Below, piece by piece: positions 7,900-15,743 of a stretch of DNA of 32,000 nt. A program made the position numbers and the translations under genes. The stretch is taken from IMG/VR virus record IMGVR_UViG_3300046542_000616, one strand, 5' to 3'. This DNA is from a virus (Duplodnaviria; Heunggongvirae; Uroviricota; Caudoviricetes). The notes under the pieces were generated by a model. That model was not told where the DNA came from and did not search any database. It saw only the letters and a list, made by a program, of their open reading frames with translations. Within the stretch, counting starts at the first letter, position 1. Each line of letters starts with the position of its first letter.

Positions 7900-8421
7900 T
7901 TAAGCGTTGAGGGGTTTGCTGCGGTACATTTCAGTCCATTTGAGTTCATGGTGCCGGTAAGGTGTGATCGTCGCCGGGTGGGTGACCTCAGGGAGCACGG
8001 AACCCTCCCATATCACCAGAGGCCAAGCGATGCCCTTGTTGGCTTCGTCAAAACGTATCTCGGTAGAGACTACGATACCCAGGTGATCATTGAAGTATTC
8101 AATCGCCTTGACCAGCATCCCAGCAGCCTCGCTGAAATCAAGAACTCGCAAATGGCCAATCTGGATAATGGCGTCTTTGGTCGGCCTGATGCAGAGCTTG
8201 CTTGCAGATGCACAACCAACACCGTTTTCAAGAAAGGTAGCAGCCAATGGCCGGCCAAAATACAGATGCTTGGTATCGACCATGATGCAGCCGTCGTCAC
8301 CAAGTTGCTTGATCGTGGTTGTGAACTTAAGGTCAGTGCCCTCGTAGATCGCCACCTCATCATGAACACGCAAAGTGCTTGCCCAGGCAATAATGTCTGC
8401 TTCAGCGTATCGGGTAGCCAT
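7900..8421 (-). CDS. hypothetical protein (173 aa)
   Basis: Start overlaps the stop of 8421-8801 by one nucleotide. Confidence 0.75.
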   Translation of the reverse strand: MATRYAEADIIAWASTLRVHDEVAIYEGTDLKFTTTIKQLGDDGCIMVDTKHLYFGRPLAATFLENGVGCASASKLCIRPTKDAIIQIGHLRVLDFSEAAGMLVKAIEYFNDHLGIVVSTEIRFDEANKGIAWPLVIWEGSVLPEVTHPATITPYRHHELKWTEMYRSKPLNA

Positions 8422-8801
8422 TATCCGACCACCTGTACGCGAGGGCCAATGATCATGACCTTCGGCGCCGGGCCACCCAACGTGTGGTGGTCGATGAAGG
8501 CTTGAGGGTGTGTGAACACTTCGGTGCGGTCAGCCGGCAAGACCAGCAGGTTCCTGTCCTGAGGCTGTTTGCAGCGGTTTGCGAAGTGCACGGCACGACC
8601 AGCACACTGCGGCGCCGCAAGAGCATCCTGCTTCCAGGTAGCCTTTTCGTAGTCGACGTGCAAGTGGCAAGGCATCTGGGTCTCTGCCTCGCTCTGCTGC
8701 AAGAATTCGACCGGGGTGCTAGCACCCAGCCAACCCCGTTCGGAGTTAACACGCCAAGGGCAGGCTTTGCAGGGGGTCTTTAGGCTGGTCGAGTTGGTCA
8801 T
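8421..8801 (-). CDS. Cys-rich protein with PCKxCPWR motif (126 aa), paralogue of 12328-12762
   Basis: ATG 8801 is preceded by AAGGAGG-N5. The longer track form would cross promoter 8817-8856. Confidence 0.7.
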   Translation of the reverse strand: MTNSTSLKTPCKACPWRVNSERGWLGASTPVEFLQQSEAETQMPCHLHVDYEKATWKQDALAAPQCAGRAVHFANRCKQPQDRNLLVLPADRTEVFTHPQAFIDHHTLGGPAPKVMIIGPRVQVVG

Positions 8802-8816
8802 CGTGACCTCCTTATT

Positions 8817-8856
8817 CGGTATGTTTTGAGTATACCCTTTACTGCAAATAAGGCAA
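8817..8856 (-). promoter_or_regulatory. early-type promoter, TTGCCT-16-TATACT-N6-ATACC
   Basis: -35 at 8851-8856, -10 at 8829-8834. Predicted leader AUACCGAAUAAGGAGGUCACG-AUG. Confidence 0.65.
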
Positions 8857-8948
8857 GTAACCAACGACTTTTTTGAACGCAAAAAAACACCTTCGTGCCC
8901 AGTGTTTTGGGGCACAAAGTGTCATGTGATGCAGGGAAGGTAGGGCAG

Positions 8949-9212
8949 TCAGCAAGCGGCGCTGTCAGGCTCTTGAGCTACGTGCAGCACTTCGGCGCGC
9001 TTGTAGTACTGCCGCCAGTTGGAGAGGCCGCAAACGCAGCCGTGCCCGCCTGGTGTCGCGGTGTACCAAACCTGGAATTGCTTCGGTCGCTGGGGTCTGG
9101 CACTGCAACTGTCAACGACCATCAGCCGCCCAGTTTCATCGCGCAATTGGTCACCCTGGCGTGGGTCTTTTCGAGGATCGCGTTGGGTGATCGCTGAGGT
9201 GTCCTGAGTCAT
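8949..9212 (-). CDS. hypothetical protein (87 aa)
   Basis: Starts 4 nt after the stop of 9217-9477. Codon pattern looks coding. Confidence 0.55.
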   Translation of the reverse strand: MTQDTSAITQRDPRKDPRQGDQLRDETGRLMVVDSCSARPQRPKQFQVWYTATPGGHGCVCGLSNWRQYYKRAEVLHVAQEPDSAAC

Positions 9213-9216
9213 CGGC

Positions 9217-9477
9217 TTAAGCTCGGTCGTTGTCGGGGTTGGCCGTGAGGCTGGCCAGCGGAATAGGCGTGATCGACATAAGCATCACCGGGGAGCTGCA
9301 CACCGTGTCATCAGACAGCCTGGTAACAATGAGCTGACCGCCCTTGAAAGACAGATCAAAGATCCCTGCATCACTGCGGCCCTTGATGGACGCACCGGTC
9401 ATTGCGGCGGCTGCCAGGCGACGTAGCCCGCTGGTGGGCCGAAGGCCCTGGGCGGCAAGCTGCGCTTCGTAGTTCAT
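9217..9477 (-). CDS. hypothetical protein (86 aa; alternative start 9486)
   Basis: AAGGA-N8-ATG at 9477. The longer track form overlaps 9503-9808. Confidence 0.55.
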   Translation of the reverse strand: MNYEAQLAAQGLRPTSGLRRLAAAAMTGASIKGRSDAGIFDLSFKGGQLIVTRLSDDTVCSSPVMLMSITPIPLASLTANPDNDRA

Positions 9478-9502
9478 GATCGTCATCCTTGCTTGGAAGG
9501 GG

Positions 9503-9808
9503 TTATCGCCACCTGTTTTGGCGGTTCCAGCGAGCCTTACGCTGTCCTTTGCCCTTCTGGATGCCGGGCATCTCAAGGGTATAGCCCAAATTCTGGTAGG
9601 GTAGCATGGACAACGGCATCTCCTTACAAACGACATCCCCAACATCCACTACCCTGATACTGTTGCCGCAACGCTCCACCAACCGGGCAGCCAGTCCGAT
9701 CCCGCAATGACCGCCGCCGATGACAATCACTTGAAAGGGCTCAGCGCGGCTCTCGGCCTCGGGATCCGTAGACTCCAAGGCCACCAGAAGCTCATCAACA
9801 TCGCTCAT
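9503..9808 (-). CDS. short protein with dinucleotide-binding GxGxxG motif (101 aa)
   Basis: VIVIGGGHCGIGLAARL is a Rossmann beta-alpha-beta fingerprint. ATGA overlap with the upstream gene. Confidence 0.6.
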   Translation of the reverse strand: MSDVDELLVALESTDPEAESRAEPFQVIVIGGGHCGIGLAARLVERCGNSIRVVDVGDVVCKEMPLSMLPYQNLGYTLEMPGIQKGKGQRKARWNRQNRWR

Positions 9809-10344
9809 CAGGCAGCCTCTGATTCCAAGTAGGCCTGCTCCAGGGCAATTGCATCCTGCAGGCGCTCTTGCTCAAGGAATTCGTGTTCCAGGTCAATGGT
9901 ATCTTCCAGGCGCCATGGATCAATGAAATGCTCGGCGTCAGGGTTCTCAACCACTACCGGAACCTCAATCACAGGCTGCTCAGCGACTGGCTGCTCAACC
10001 GCGACTTCCAGGGCCGAAACGTTGACGATGTCGACCACCACAGTTTCGGTCACAGCTTCTTCCGCGTCGTCTTCGTCGGTACTGCCAACTTGATACGGAC
10101 GGTGCGGGTGCAGCGCGCAAGCATGGCTTGAACAATTGCGGATAGTGTCCACCGCACGCTCGCCACCCACGCACTGGTAGCACATGGCACGAATGGCCAT
10201 GGCCTTGCTGTTGGGGTTTGCCAGGGCCTTCTCAACCGGGTTCATCCGCGTGATGGGGGTGCCATCATCCACCCTCTTTTGACGAGCGATACGCGCCATT
10301 TCAAGCGGTTTCAGGCCGGCAGTTTGGTTGAGGTATTCGGACAT
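9808..10344 (-). CDS. Cys4 protein with acidic repeat-rich C-terminus (178 aa)
   Basis: ATG 10344 is preceded by GGAGGG-N8. Motif CYQC-x13-C-x4-C-x-LHPHRP. Confidence 0.7.
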   Translation of the reverse strand: MSEYLNQTAGLKPLEMARIARQKRVDDGTPITRMNPVEKALANPNSKAMAIRAMCYQCVGGERAVDTIRNCSSHACALHPHRPYQVGSTDEDDAEEAVTETVVVDIVNVSALEVAVEQPVAEQPVIEVPVVVENPDAEHFIDPWRLEDTIDLEHEFLEQERLQDAIALEQAYLESEAA

Positions 10345-10382
10345 GACGGCATCCCTCCAGGATGGCTGATCGTGTTTGGCGG

Positions 10383-10709
10383 TTAGGCCGGGAATTCGTT
10401 GTAAACGCGAATGGAGTTCAAAACACCACCTTCCCATTCAACCTTGAGGCCCTGGGAACGGAACAGGTCAACCAACGTCTGACCCTCACCGGCCCAGTAG
10501 AAAATGACAAAGTCACGCTGAACGAGGCTTGTAGGGCGATACTTGAGCGAATATACAAACTGCTCAAGCTCGCGATCACAGACCGCATTCTTGGCGATGT
10601 CCCCGTCGAATTTGAATTCATGCTTGGCGAAATAACCCAATTTACGAGCGGCGGCCATAGCACGAAGCATCGCTTTTCTTGGGGTTTCGCAAATATCAGG
10701 CTTGGACAT
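10383..10709 (-). CDS. hypothetical protein (108 aa)
   Basis: First gene downstream of promoter 10736-10775. Confidence 0.7.
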   Translation of the reverse strand: MSKPDICETPRKAMLRAMAAARKLGYFAKHEFKFDGDIAKNAVCDRELEQFVYSLKYRPTSLVQRDFVIFYWAGEGQTLVDLFRSQGLKVEWEGGVLNSIRVYNEFPA

Positions 10710-10735
10710 TCCGGGAATCCATCATGCAATCCGAA

Positions 10736-10775
10736 GGGTATGTTTGCAGTATACCGGATATGCTTAGTTAAGCAA
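10736..10775 (-). promoter_or_regulatory. early-type promoter, TTGCTT-16-TATACT-N6-ATACC
   Basis: -35 at 10770-10775, -10 at 10748-10753. Immediately downstream of terminator 10798-10823. Confidence 0.65.
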
Positions 10776-10797
10776 TGCTTATTTAATGCTTATTGAC

Positions 10798-10823
10798 AAA
10801 AAAGCCCCATTCAAGGGGCTTTT
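10798..10823 (-). terminator. rho-independent terminator of 10842-11477
   Basis: The minus strand reads AAAGCCCC-ttgaat-GGGGCTTTTTTG. Confidence 0.8.
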
Positions 10824-10841
10824 GATTGTCATCGATTAGGA

Positions 10842-11477
10842 TTACCAGCCGCGCATGCCATGTTCCAACATCAGCGAAGATGTCTCCGAACGTAGGAGCG
10901 GCTCCACCATGTAATCCAGCAGGTGTTCGGCATCTTTGCCGGTAATCTCGTTGAGGATGACGTCGGGAGTGGTGCCGTAGTGCTTGGCGATGCTGTTGAG
11001 AATCTTCGCTCTCATTTCAGGATCAATAGACGACAGAAACTCGGAGGTGCGGTGGGTAGTGACCGGAGTCTGAGTTACCTGCGGGGCTTTGGCTGCAAAC
11101 TCGCCAAGGCGTTGCCGCAATGCCTCCAGGTCATCCGGCAGGACGAAGTCAATCGAGTCCCCCATGTCCTCCATCAGTCCAGCGTCAATATCACCCAGCT
11201 TGGCACCCAGGCCGTCAATGGCGACCTCGACGGCTTCGCGATTAGCGGCTGCAATCCAGATGATGCGATCATCAGTGTCGCCATTGCCGTCAAAACCGGC
11301 TGCTTGAATCTCGAAAGGCTTGAGTCCATCAAGGCCCTGGATGGTCGAACTGACCGGGGAGTGTGCAGCGCCGCACTGAGGGCATTTGTCATCACACGTC
11401 GCGCTCCACTGATCACTCCACTCAACATCACAGGTCACGCAGTGGTATTGATTCAGAAATTGTGGCATCGAGAGCAT
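10842..11477 (-). CDS. hypothetical protein with N-terminal zinc ribbon (211 aa; alternative start 11468)
   Basis: CVTC...CPQC. Strong terminator 10798-10823 follows the stop. Confidence 0.75.
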   Translation of the reverse strand: MLSMPQFLNQYHCVTCDVEWSDQWSATCDDKCPQCGAAHSPVSSTIQGLDGLKPFEIQAAGFDGNGDTDDRIIWIAAANREAVEVAIDGLGAKLGDIDAGLMEDMGDSIDFVLPDDLEALRQRLGEFAAKAPQVTQTPVTTHRTSEFLSSIDPEMRAKILNSIAKHYGTTPDVILNEITGKDAEHLLDYMVEPLLRSETSSLMLEHGMRGW

Positions 11478-11515
11478 CCTGTTAGCGTTTCAGGTGAGAT
11501 GACCATTTGCCATCT

Positions 11516-11555
11516 GGGTATGCTATCAGTGTACTCTTAAGTGCAAATTGATCAA
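11516..11555 (-). promoter_or_regulatory. early-type promoter, TTGATC-16-TACACT-N6-ATACC
   Basis: -35 at 11550-11555, -10 at 11528-11533. Confidence 0.55.
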
Positions 11556-11566
11556 GCAATATAGGC

Positions 11567-11830
11567 TTAATCAGTCGATTTTTTATGAAAATCGAAGTCA
11601 TCAATTATCTTTTTCTTCTTTACGCCGATCCAGGCACCGGTCTGATCACAGACCAAATGCCAGAGGCCTTTCTTCGGATCACGCTCGACCACCCTCCAGA
11701 GGCTGCCTGCCGGGGTCAACCTGGGATTTTCCTCGGCATCCACATCGGTCATGTTTTGCAAGCTGATGAACTGGGTGCCCACCGGCCACAGCAGGGCGCG
11801 TCCGGGTTTTCCTGAAGCTGTCTGGGCCAT
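11567..11830 (-). CDS. hypothetical protein (87 aa), Lys-rich C-terminus
   Basis: Clean ORF downstream of 11866-12216. Confidence 0.6.
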   Translation of the reverse strand: MAQTASGKPGRALLWPVGTQFISLQNMTDVDAEENPRLTPAGSLWRVVERDPKKGLWHLVCDQTGAWIGVKKKKIIDDFDFHKKSTD

Positions 11831-11865
11831 GGAGCACTCCTAACGCGGCACGTGAAGGTTTATGA

Positions 11866-12216
11866 TTATGGCTGCTCTGCCAGCGGGTCGCCATTGAGGC
11901 CGAGAATTTCACCAATGGCCTGGATTTGTGCCGGCGTGGCTGAAGAAGACGGGCCATAGGTATCAAGCCTTTTTACAATTCGGCGCTTGAGTCGCTCAAT
12001 ACGAAGCTCTTCCTCATACTCCGCTTCGGAATAGTAAGCGTTGATCATGTCGCCCTTCATGGTTTCCTTGTCGATCTGGATACCACCGGTGACAAAAATC
12101 CACCGGCGACCGACTTTTTCAACCGCGTGAGGGGTGATCTTCTCCCCCTTATTTGAGTAGAGACGCACCAAATAAAGGGTGTCACCTACTTGTACAGGTT
12201 TTTGATTACTGGACAT
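11866..12216 (-). CDS. hypothetical protein (116 aa)
   Basis: ATG 12216 is preceded by AAGGA-N6. The track TTG start at 12246 lies inside the divergent promoter. Confidence 0.7.
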   Translation of the reverse strand: MSSNQKPVQVGDTLYLVRLYSNKGEKITPHAVEKVGRRWIFVTGGIQIDKETMKGDMINAYYSEAEYEEELRIERLKRRIVKRLDTYGPSSSATPAQIQAIGEILGLNGDPLAEQP

Positions 12217-12239
12217 GCTCAATCCTTTAGAATCAGTGG

Positions 12240-12283
12240 TTGCCAATGTTTCAAAGTATAGCTACAATATACTCATTAAACAA
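12240..12283. promoter_or_regulatory. overlapping divergent promoters: plus TTGCCA-17-TACAAT, minus TTGTTT-17-TATACT
   Basis: Plus -35 at 12240-12245 and -10 at 12263-12268. Minus -10 at 12255-12260 and -35 at 12278-12283. Core palindrome AGTATA-N7-TATACT at 12255-12273. Confidence 0.6.
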
Positions 12284-12327
12284 GTGCAGTTTGCTGAAAG
12301 ATGCAAACAGAGCAAGGATGAAACCTC

Positions 12328-12762
12328 ATGACGACCAAGAAACCATCAACCCCGGAAATCACCAAGAAGACACCTGCCGGAGAAAACCATCAGGTTGTCA
12401 CAGTGGTCGGTGGCGATGGCTCGTACTGCAAGAAGCCTTGCAAGACCTGTCCTTGGCGTCGTGATGCGGTTGGTGAGTTCCCGGCTGAGGCTTTCCGGAT
12501 CTCGGCTCATACCGCCTATGACATGGCCATGGAGACGTTTGCCTGCCACACCTCGGGGGCTGACAAGCCATCCTGCTGCGCCGGCTTCCTGCTGCGCGGT
12601 GCTGATCACAACCTGAAGATACGCTTGCGGCTCAGCCAAGGCACCTATGAGCCGGACAAGGTCTCGGATGGCGGCCATGATCTGTTCAACAACTACCGTG
12701 AAATGGCGATTGCCAACGGCGTCGACCCGCAAGACGAAGTCCTCAAGCGCTGCAGAGACTAG
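12328..12762 (+). CDS. Cys-rich protein with PCKxCPWR motif (144 aa), paralogue of 8421-8801
   Basis: Promoter TTGCCA-17-TACAAT at 12240-12268, then AAGGA-N9-ATG. Confidence 0.75.
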   Translation: MTTKKPSTPEITKKTPAGENHQVVTVVGGDGSYCKKPCKTCPWRRDAVGEFPAEAFRISAHTAYDMAMETFACHTSGADKPSCCAGFLLRGADHNLKIRLRLSQGTYEPDKVSDGGHDLFNNYREMAIANGVDPQDEVLKRCRD

Positions 12763-12772
12763 GTATAAGGAT

Positions 12773-13051
12773 ATGAAAAAGACACGCATGATGCACACCT
12801 GGACGTTTGGCAGTGACACCCAGTACGTCTGGATGGAGGGCTCCACGGTCGAAGGTTTCGCGGAACTGGTTAAAACGGAATGGCGCGGCTACGTGGTCAC
12901 CAACATCGCCACAGGCTTTATGCGTGAAGAACCGGTGTTTAGCCAGGGCAAGGGGACTTCGGTACAATCGACCGTGATCGCGGCGAAGGGTGCAGGCCTG
13001 CCGGTGGTCTACGGTGAGGTTGAAGTGAAGAAGAGCCGCAAGCGGGCTTGA
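12773..13051 (+). CDS. hypothetical protein (92 aa)
   Basis: First ATG after the stop of 12328-12762. The longer track form overlaps that gene. Confidence 0.65.
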   Translation: MKKTRMMHTWTFGSDTQYVWMEGSTVEGFAELVKTEWRGYVVTNIATGFMREEPVFSQGKGTSVQSTVIAAKGAGLPVVYGEVEVKKSRKRA

Positions 13052-13116
13052 TTGAGAGGGGGATCGGCCCTTCCTCCAGCGGAGGGCTGGATTATGCAGT
13101 TAAGAGGACTTCCAAC

Positions 13117-13392
13117 ATGATCACCGATGAGCAACTGCAAGCCGCAGGGTTTGTGAAACAGGCTGACGGCACCTTGGTTAAGCAACTGGTGGCCATCGAC
13201 ATGCCGTACGTGGCCGATCACATCATTGATGACCAGAACGTCTGGGAGCGCTCTGCCGTTATTGTCAGCGTCCTACCTGGCCGATTGGTGGAAATGCGCA
13301 TTCCAGACTTTGAAGGCGCATCAGAGCCACCGGTGTCGATGGATACCATCGATGGCCGTGCGCTGCTGCGCGATGCCGGCATGAAGTACTAG
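13117..13392 (+). CDS. hypothetical protein (91 aa)
   Basis: AGAGGA-N8-ATG at 13117. The track start is a TTG at 13048. Confidence 0.65.
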   Translation: MITDEQLQAAGFVKQADGTLVKQLVAIDMPYVADHIIDDQNVWERSAVIVSVLPGRLVEMRIPDFEGASEPPVSMDTIDGRALLRDAGMKY

Positions 13393-13395
13393 GTC

Positions 13396-13707
13396 ATGGA
13401 AGCTGACAAAGTGGCCATTAAGTTCGAAGACCTCAGTGAAGCTGAGCAAAATGCGTTGCAGTGGCTTAAAAGCAGCGTGGTCACTTTCGTCTACAACATT
13501 GAGCCCAAGACCACCAGGGACATGCACGGCAGCCCAATCCCTGGAATGACGATCTTTCGCAAGCTGGAGCAAAAGGGCCTTTGCTACCAAACGGTTGAGG
13601 ACAAGATATTTCTCAACGAGGGTGACGAAGAGCCCTTCGAGTTCTCTTCGACCATGGAGCTGACTGATGAGGGCCTGGCTCTGTTCAAGGAGTTCAAGCG
13701 GTCATAG
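13396..13707 (+). CDS. hypothetical acidic protein (103 aa)
   Basis: Starts 3 nt after the previous stop. Followed by terminator 13734-13759. Confidence 0.7.
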   Translation: MEADKVAIKFEDLSEAEQNALQWLKSSVVTFVYNIEPKTTRDMHGSPIPGMTIFRKLEQKGLCYQTVEDKIFLNEGDEEPFEFSSTMELTDEGLALFKEFKRS

Positions 13708-13733
13708 CTGACCAACGGAACCGCAGACACAAC

Positions 13734-13759
13734 AAAGCCCGCGATAGCGGGCTTTTTTT
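13734..13759. terminator. bidirectional terminator between convergent 13396-13707 and 13772-14128
   Basis: AAAGCCCGC-gata-GCGGGCTTTTTTT. Confidence 0.8.
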
Positions 13760-13771
13760 GTCCAGGCTGGA

Positions 13772-14128
13772 TCAATCAGCACGTGTATTTTCCTGGTTTG
13801 CCAGGGCATCACGCTCAGCCAGTTGCTTGATAACCCATTGCTTTGCCCGCTCCAGGTAAGTGCTGCGATTGTCGCGGGCCTCACGCAAGTTGCGGTTGGA
13901 GAAGGCCGCAGAGTTCTCGCGGTACTGCTTCTCGACACCATGAAGGACTGCGGTCACCGTGACAGAGTAGCCCGGCTGCGTACGGGACATGAACAGATCA
14001 CGAATATGGCTTTCGATGCTTCCAACAACCTCATCGCCGATCTTGATTGCCCAGTCCTTTGTCTTGACGTTATCGCCGGGCCACTGTGATTCAGGGCCAT
14101 CGGGCTTGAAGGTTACTTTCTGGCTCAT
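13772..14128 (-). CDS. hypothetical protein (118 aa)
   Basis: Convergent with 13396-13707 and shares the bidirectional terminator. Confidence 0.7.
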   Translation of the reverse strand: MSQKVTFKPDGPESQWPGDNVKTKDWAIKIGDEVVGSIESHIRDLFMSRTQPGYSVTVTAVLHGVEKQYRENSAAFSNRNLREARDNRSTYLERAKQWVIKQLAERDALANQENTRAD

Positions 14129-14156
14129 GGCCGGGCACTCCGTGTCGGTTCTTTTA

Positions 14157-14182
14157 CTGCAAAACCCCCAGTGAAGGGGGTT
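14157..14182 (-). terminator. rho-independent terminator after 14204-14422
   Basis: The minus strand reads AACCCCC-ttcact-GGGGGTTTTG. Confidence 0.6.
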
Positions 14183-14203
14183 AGGACAGGATTGCTGGCA
14201 GCG

Positions 14204-14422
14204 CTATTGCGGCTGGTTTATCGCCGCAGCGACTCGAGCCTTGGTCTCTTCGATGAACTGGATCACGGTTTCGACCGTAGGGTTGGTCAATTCATGATGA
14301 AGGTAGAATTCGAAGTGGTCTTCTTCCTCGTCCCACACGGCCAAAGAATCGGCATCGAACGACCAGCGCTGGCCGTCGTGGGTGAATTCTTTCCAGCCGT
14401 CAGCATCGTATTCGTGGCTCAT
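14204..14422 (-). CDS. hypothetical acidic protein (72 aa)
   Basis: ATGA overlap with 14419-14664. Terminator 14157-14182 lies downstream. Confidence 0.6.
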   Translation of the reverse strand: MSHEYDADGWKEFTHDGQRWSFDADSLAVWDEEEDHFEFYLHHELTNPTVETVIQFIEETKARVAAAINQPQ

Positions 14423-14664
14423 GCGGGTTGTCCTTGCAGTGGGGTGCCGAAGAGAGCTTCATGAATCTGGCTGACGCACTCGGCCTCGAATTGGGATTTG
14501 GCCATGGAGTGGCAGGAGAGGCGCATGTAGTCCTGGGACTCCTCGATCAAGAGAGCATGGCGATCCGCCAGGTATTGGCTGCTTTTGTCCTTGTACCACG
14601 CGACATAAGAGCTGAAGTTCTGGTGGCAGAGGCTGCCGGGTTTGTTTGGATTCTTGATCTTCAT
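14419..14664 (-). CDS. hypothetical protein (81 aa)
   Basis: AGAGG-N7-ATG. Predicted 22-nt leader from promoter 14681-14721. Confidence 0.65.
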   Translation of the reverse strand: MKIKNPNKPGSLCHQNFSSYVAWYKDKSSQYLADRHALLIEESQDYMRLSCHSMAKSQFEAECVSQIHEALFGTPLQGQPA

Positions 14665-14676
14665 CGCAAAACCTCT

Positions 14677-14997
14677 TTATCGGTATGCGATGAGGATACC
14701 CTTAAAATGACTGTTGATCAAGCCGTTTTGTAGCGAACCGCAAATTGCGGTTGGCTTAAAATCTGTCCCCTGGTGCGGCCATAATCTGATCGTAGTGACA
14801 ACTAAGGTGGTCGTGACAATCAGCAGCACCCCCGATATGACCGACAAGTCAAGGATGGACAGATGCCTATGGAAAGGTGCTGGCTTCACTGTACGGGCTG
14901 CTGCAGCAACCGCCTCGGCTTCCTGGCGACGTTGGCCTGGTGATTTCCAGCCAGCCGGCTTGCTGACCACAAGCTTTAGATGCCGGGGCTTGTTCAT
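14677..14997 (-). CDS. small membrane protein (106 aa, 1 TM), coupled to the J-protein gene
   Basis: ATG 14997 forms an ATGA overlap with the stop of 14994-15614. The 3' part reads through promoter 14681-14721. Confidence 0.5.
   Translation of the reverse strand: MNKPRHLKLVVSKPAGWKSPGQRRQEAEAVAAAARTVKPAPFHRHLSILDLSVISGVLLIVTTTLVVTTIRLWPHQGTDFKPTAICGSLQNGLINSHFKGILIAYR
14681..14721 (-). promoter_or_regulatory. early-type promoter, TTGATC-17-TATCCT-N6-ATACC
   Basis: -35 at 14716-14721, -10 at 14693-14698. Predicted leader of 22 nt to ATG 14664. Confidence 0.55.
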
Positions 14998-15614
14998 TGA
15001 GCGATCAAGATTGAGTAGCCGAGATAGGCGGTAATTAACAGTAGCGCGACGGTGCAGCACAGGCCCTTGACCATTACCTTCATGGCCTCATCTTTCATCT
15101 CTTCCGCACGCATGATCTGATCGTCCGGCCTTTGATCAAGGAAGACCGAGTACAAATGATCAATGGAATAGCCGGCAAAGGGGCTGGACTGATCCGCTCG
15201 AACCTTCTGGATGAAGCGAGTGAATGCATCAGCATGCTCAGGGTTCCAGCTTGCAGGGTTTTGAGTCTGGGCAGGCTTGGGCCTTGCTGGTGCGGCCTGA
15301 GCGGTGTAAGCAGGGCGAGGCGGGTTCAGCCTGCGCTCTTCCCATACGATCCAAACGTCATGCTCGGCACGACTTTCTGGTTTCGAGAGGATTTGGTAGG
15401 CCTTGTTGATCCGCTGGGTAACGGTGGCCGCAGAAGGACTCTGGTTCCGGTCGGGATGGTACTCACTGACCAGGCGCCGGTAAGCCAGGCGAATGTCTGC
15501 CGCGCTGGCAGTCCTCGCGACCTTCAAGATTTCGTAGTGACTATGTGCTTTCTTCACCGGGGGTACGATCTGAACGGGGTCAGGAAAGGGGATGTAAAAG
15601 TCTTCCATCATCAT
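14994..15614 (-). CDS. J-domain (DnaJ-like) protein with C-terminal TM anchor (206 aa)
   Basis: HYEILKV...IRLAYRRLVSEYHPDRN carries the canonical J-domain helix II/III and HPD motif. Hydrophobic C-terminus LCCTVALLLITAYLGYSILI. Confidence 0.85.
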   Translation of the reverse strand: MMMEDFYIPFPDPVQIVPPVKKAHSHYEILKVARTASAADIRLAYRRLVSEYHPDRNQSPSAATVTQRINKAYQILSKPESRAEHDVWIVWEERRLNPPRPAYTAQAAPARPKPAQTQNPASWNPEHADAFTRFIQKVRADQSSPFAGYSIDHLYSVFLDQRPDDQIMRAEEMKDEAMKVMVKGLCCTVALLLITAYLGYSILIAQ

Positions 15615-15632
15615 GATATAAAAGCCACGTCT

Positions 15633-15652
15633 AAGTGTGGTGGCAGTCTACT
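15633..15652 (-). promoter_or_regulatory. degenerate promoter box AG-TAGACT-N6-ACACT
   Basis: Upstream of J-protein gene 14994-15614. No convincing -35. Confidence 0.35.
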
Positions 15653-15743
15653 ATGACAAGGCAGCGAGGTGTAGCCGAAGTGGTCAATTTACTGCAAATT
15701 ATTCAACAGAATTGACCACTCCAGGAGAACGCCACGACGGGTA

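Noticed and set aside
8802-8915. N-terminal extensions of track ORFs (8421-8915, 5716-6384, 6225-6806, 11866-12246, 21892-22368, 23615-24175, 24195-24659, 26263-26568, 29375-30070).
   Set aside because: The extensions run through the promoter boxes or the neighbouring gene. In each case an internal ATG or GTG with a good SD lies 21-32 nt after the predicted +1.
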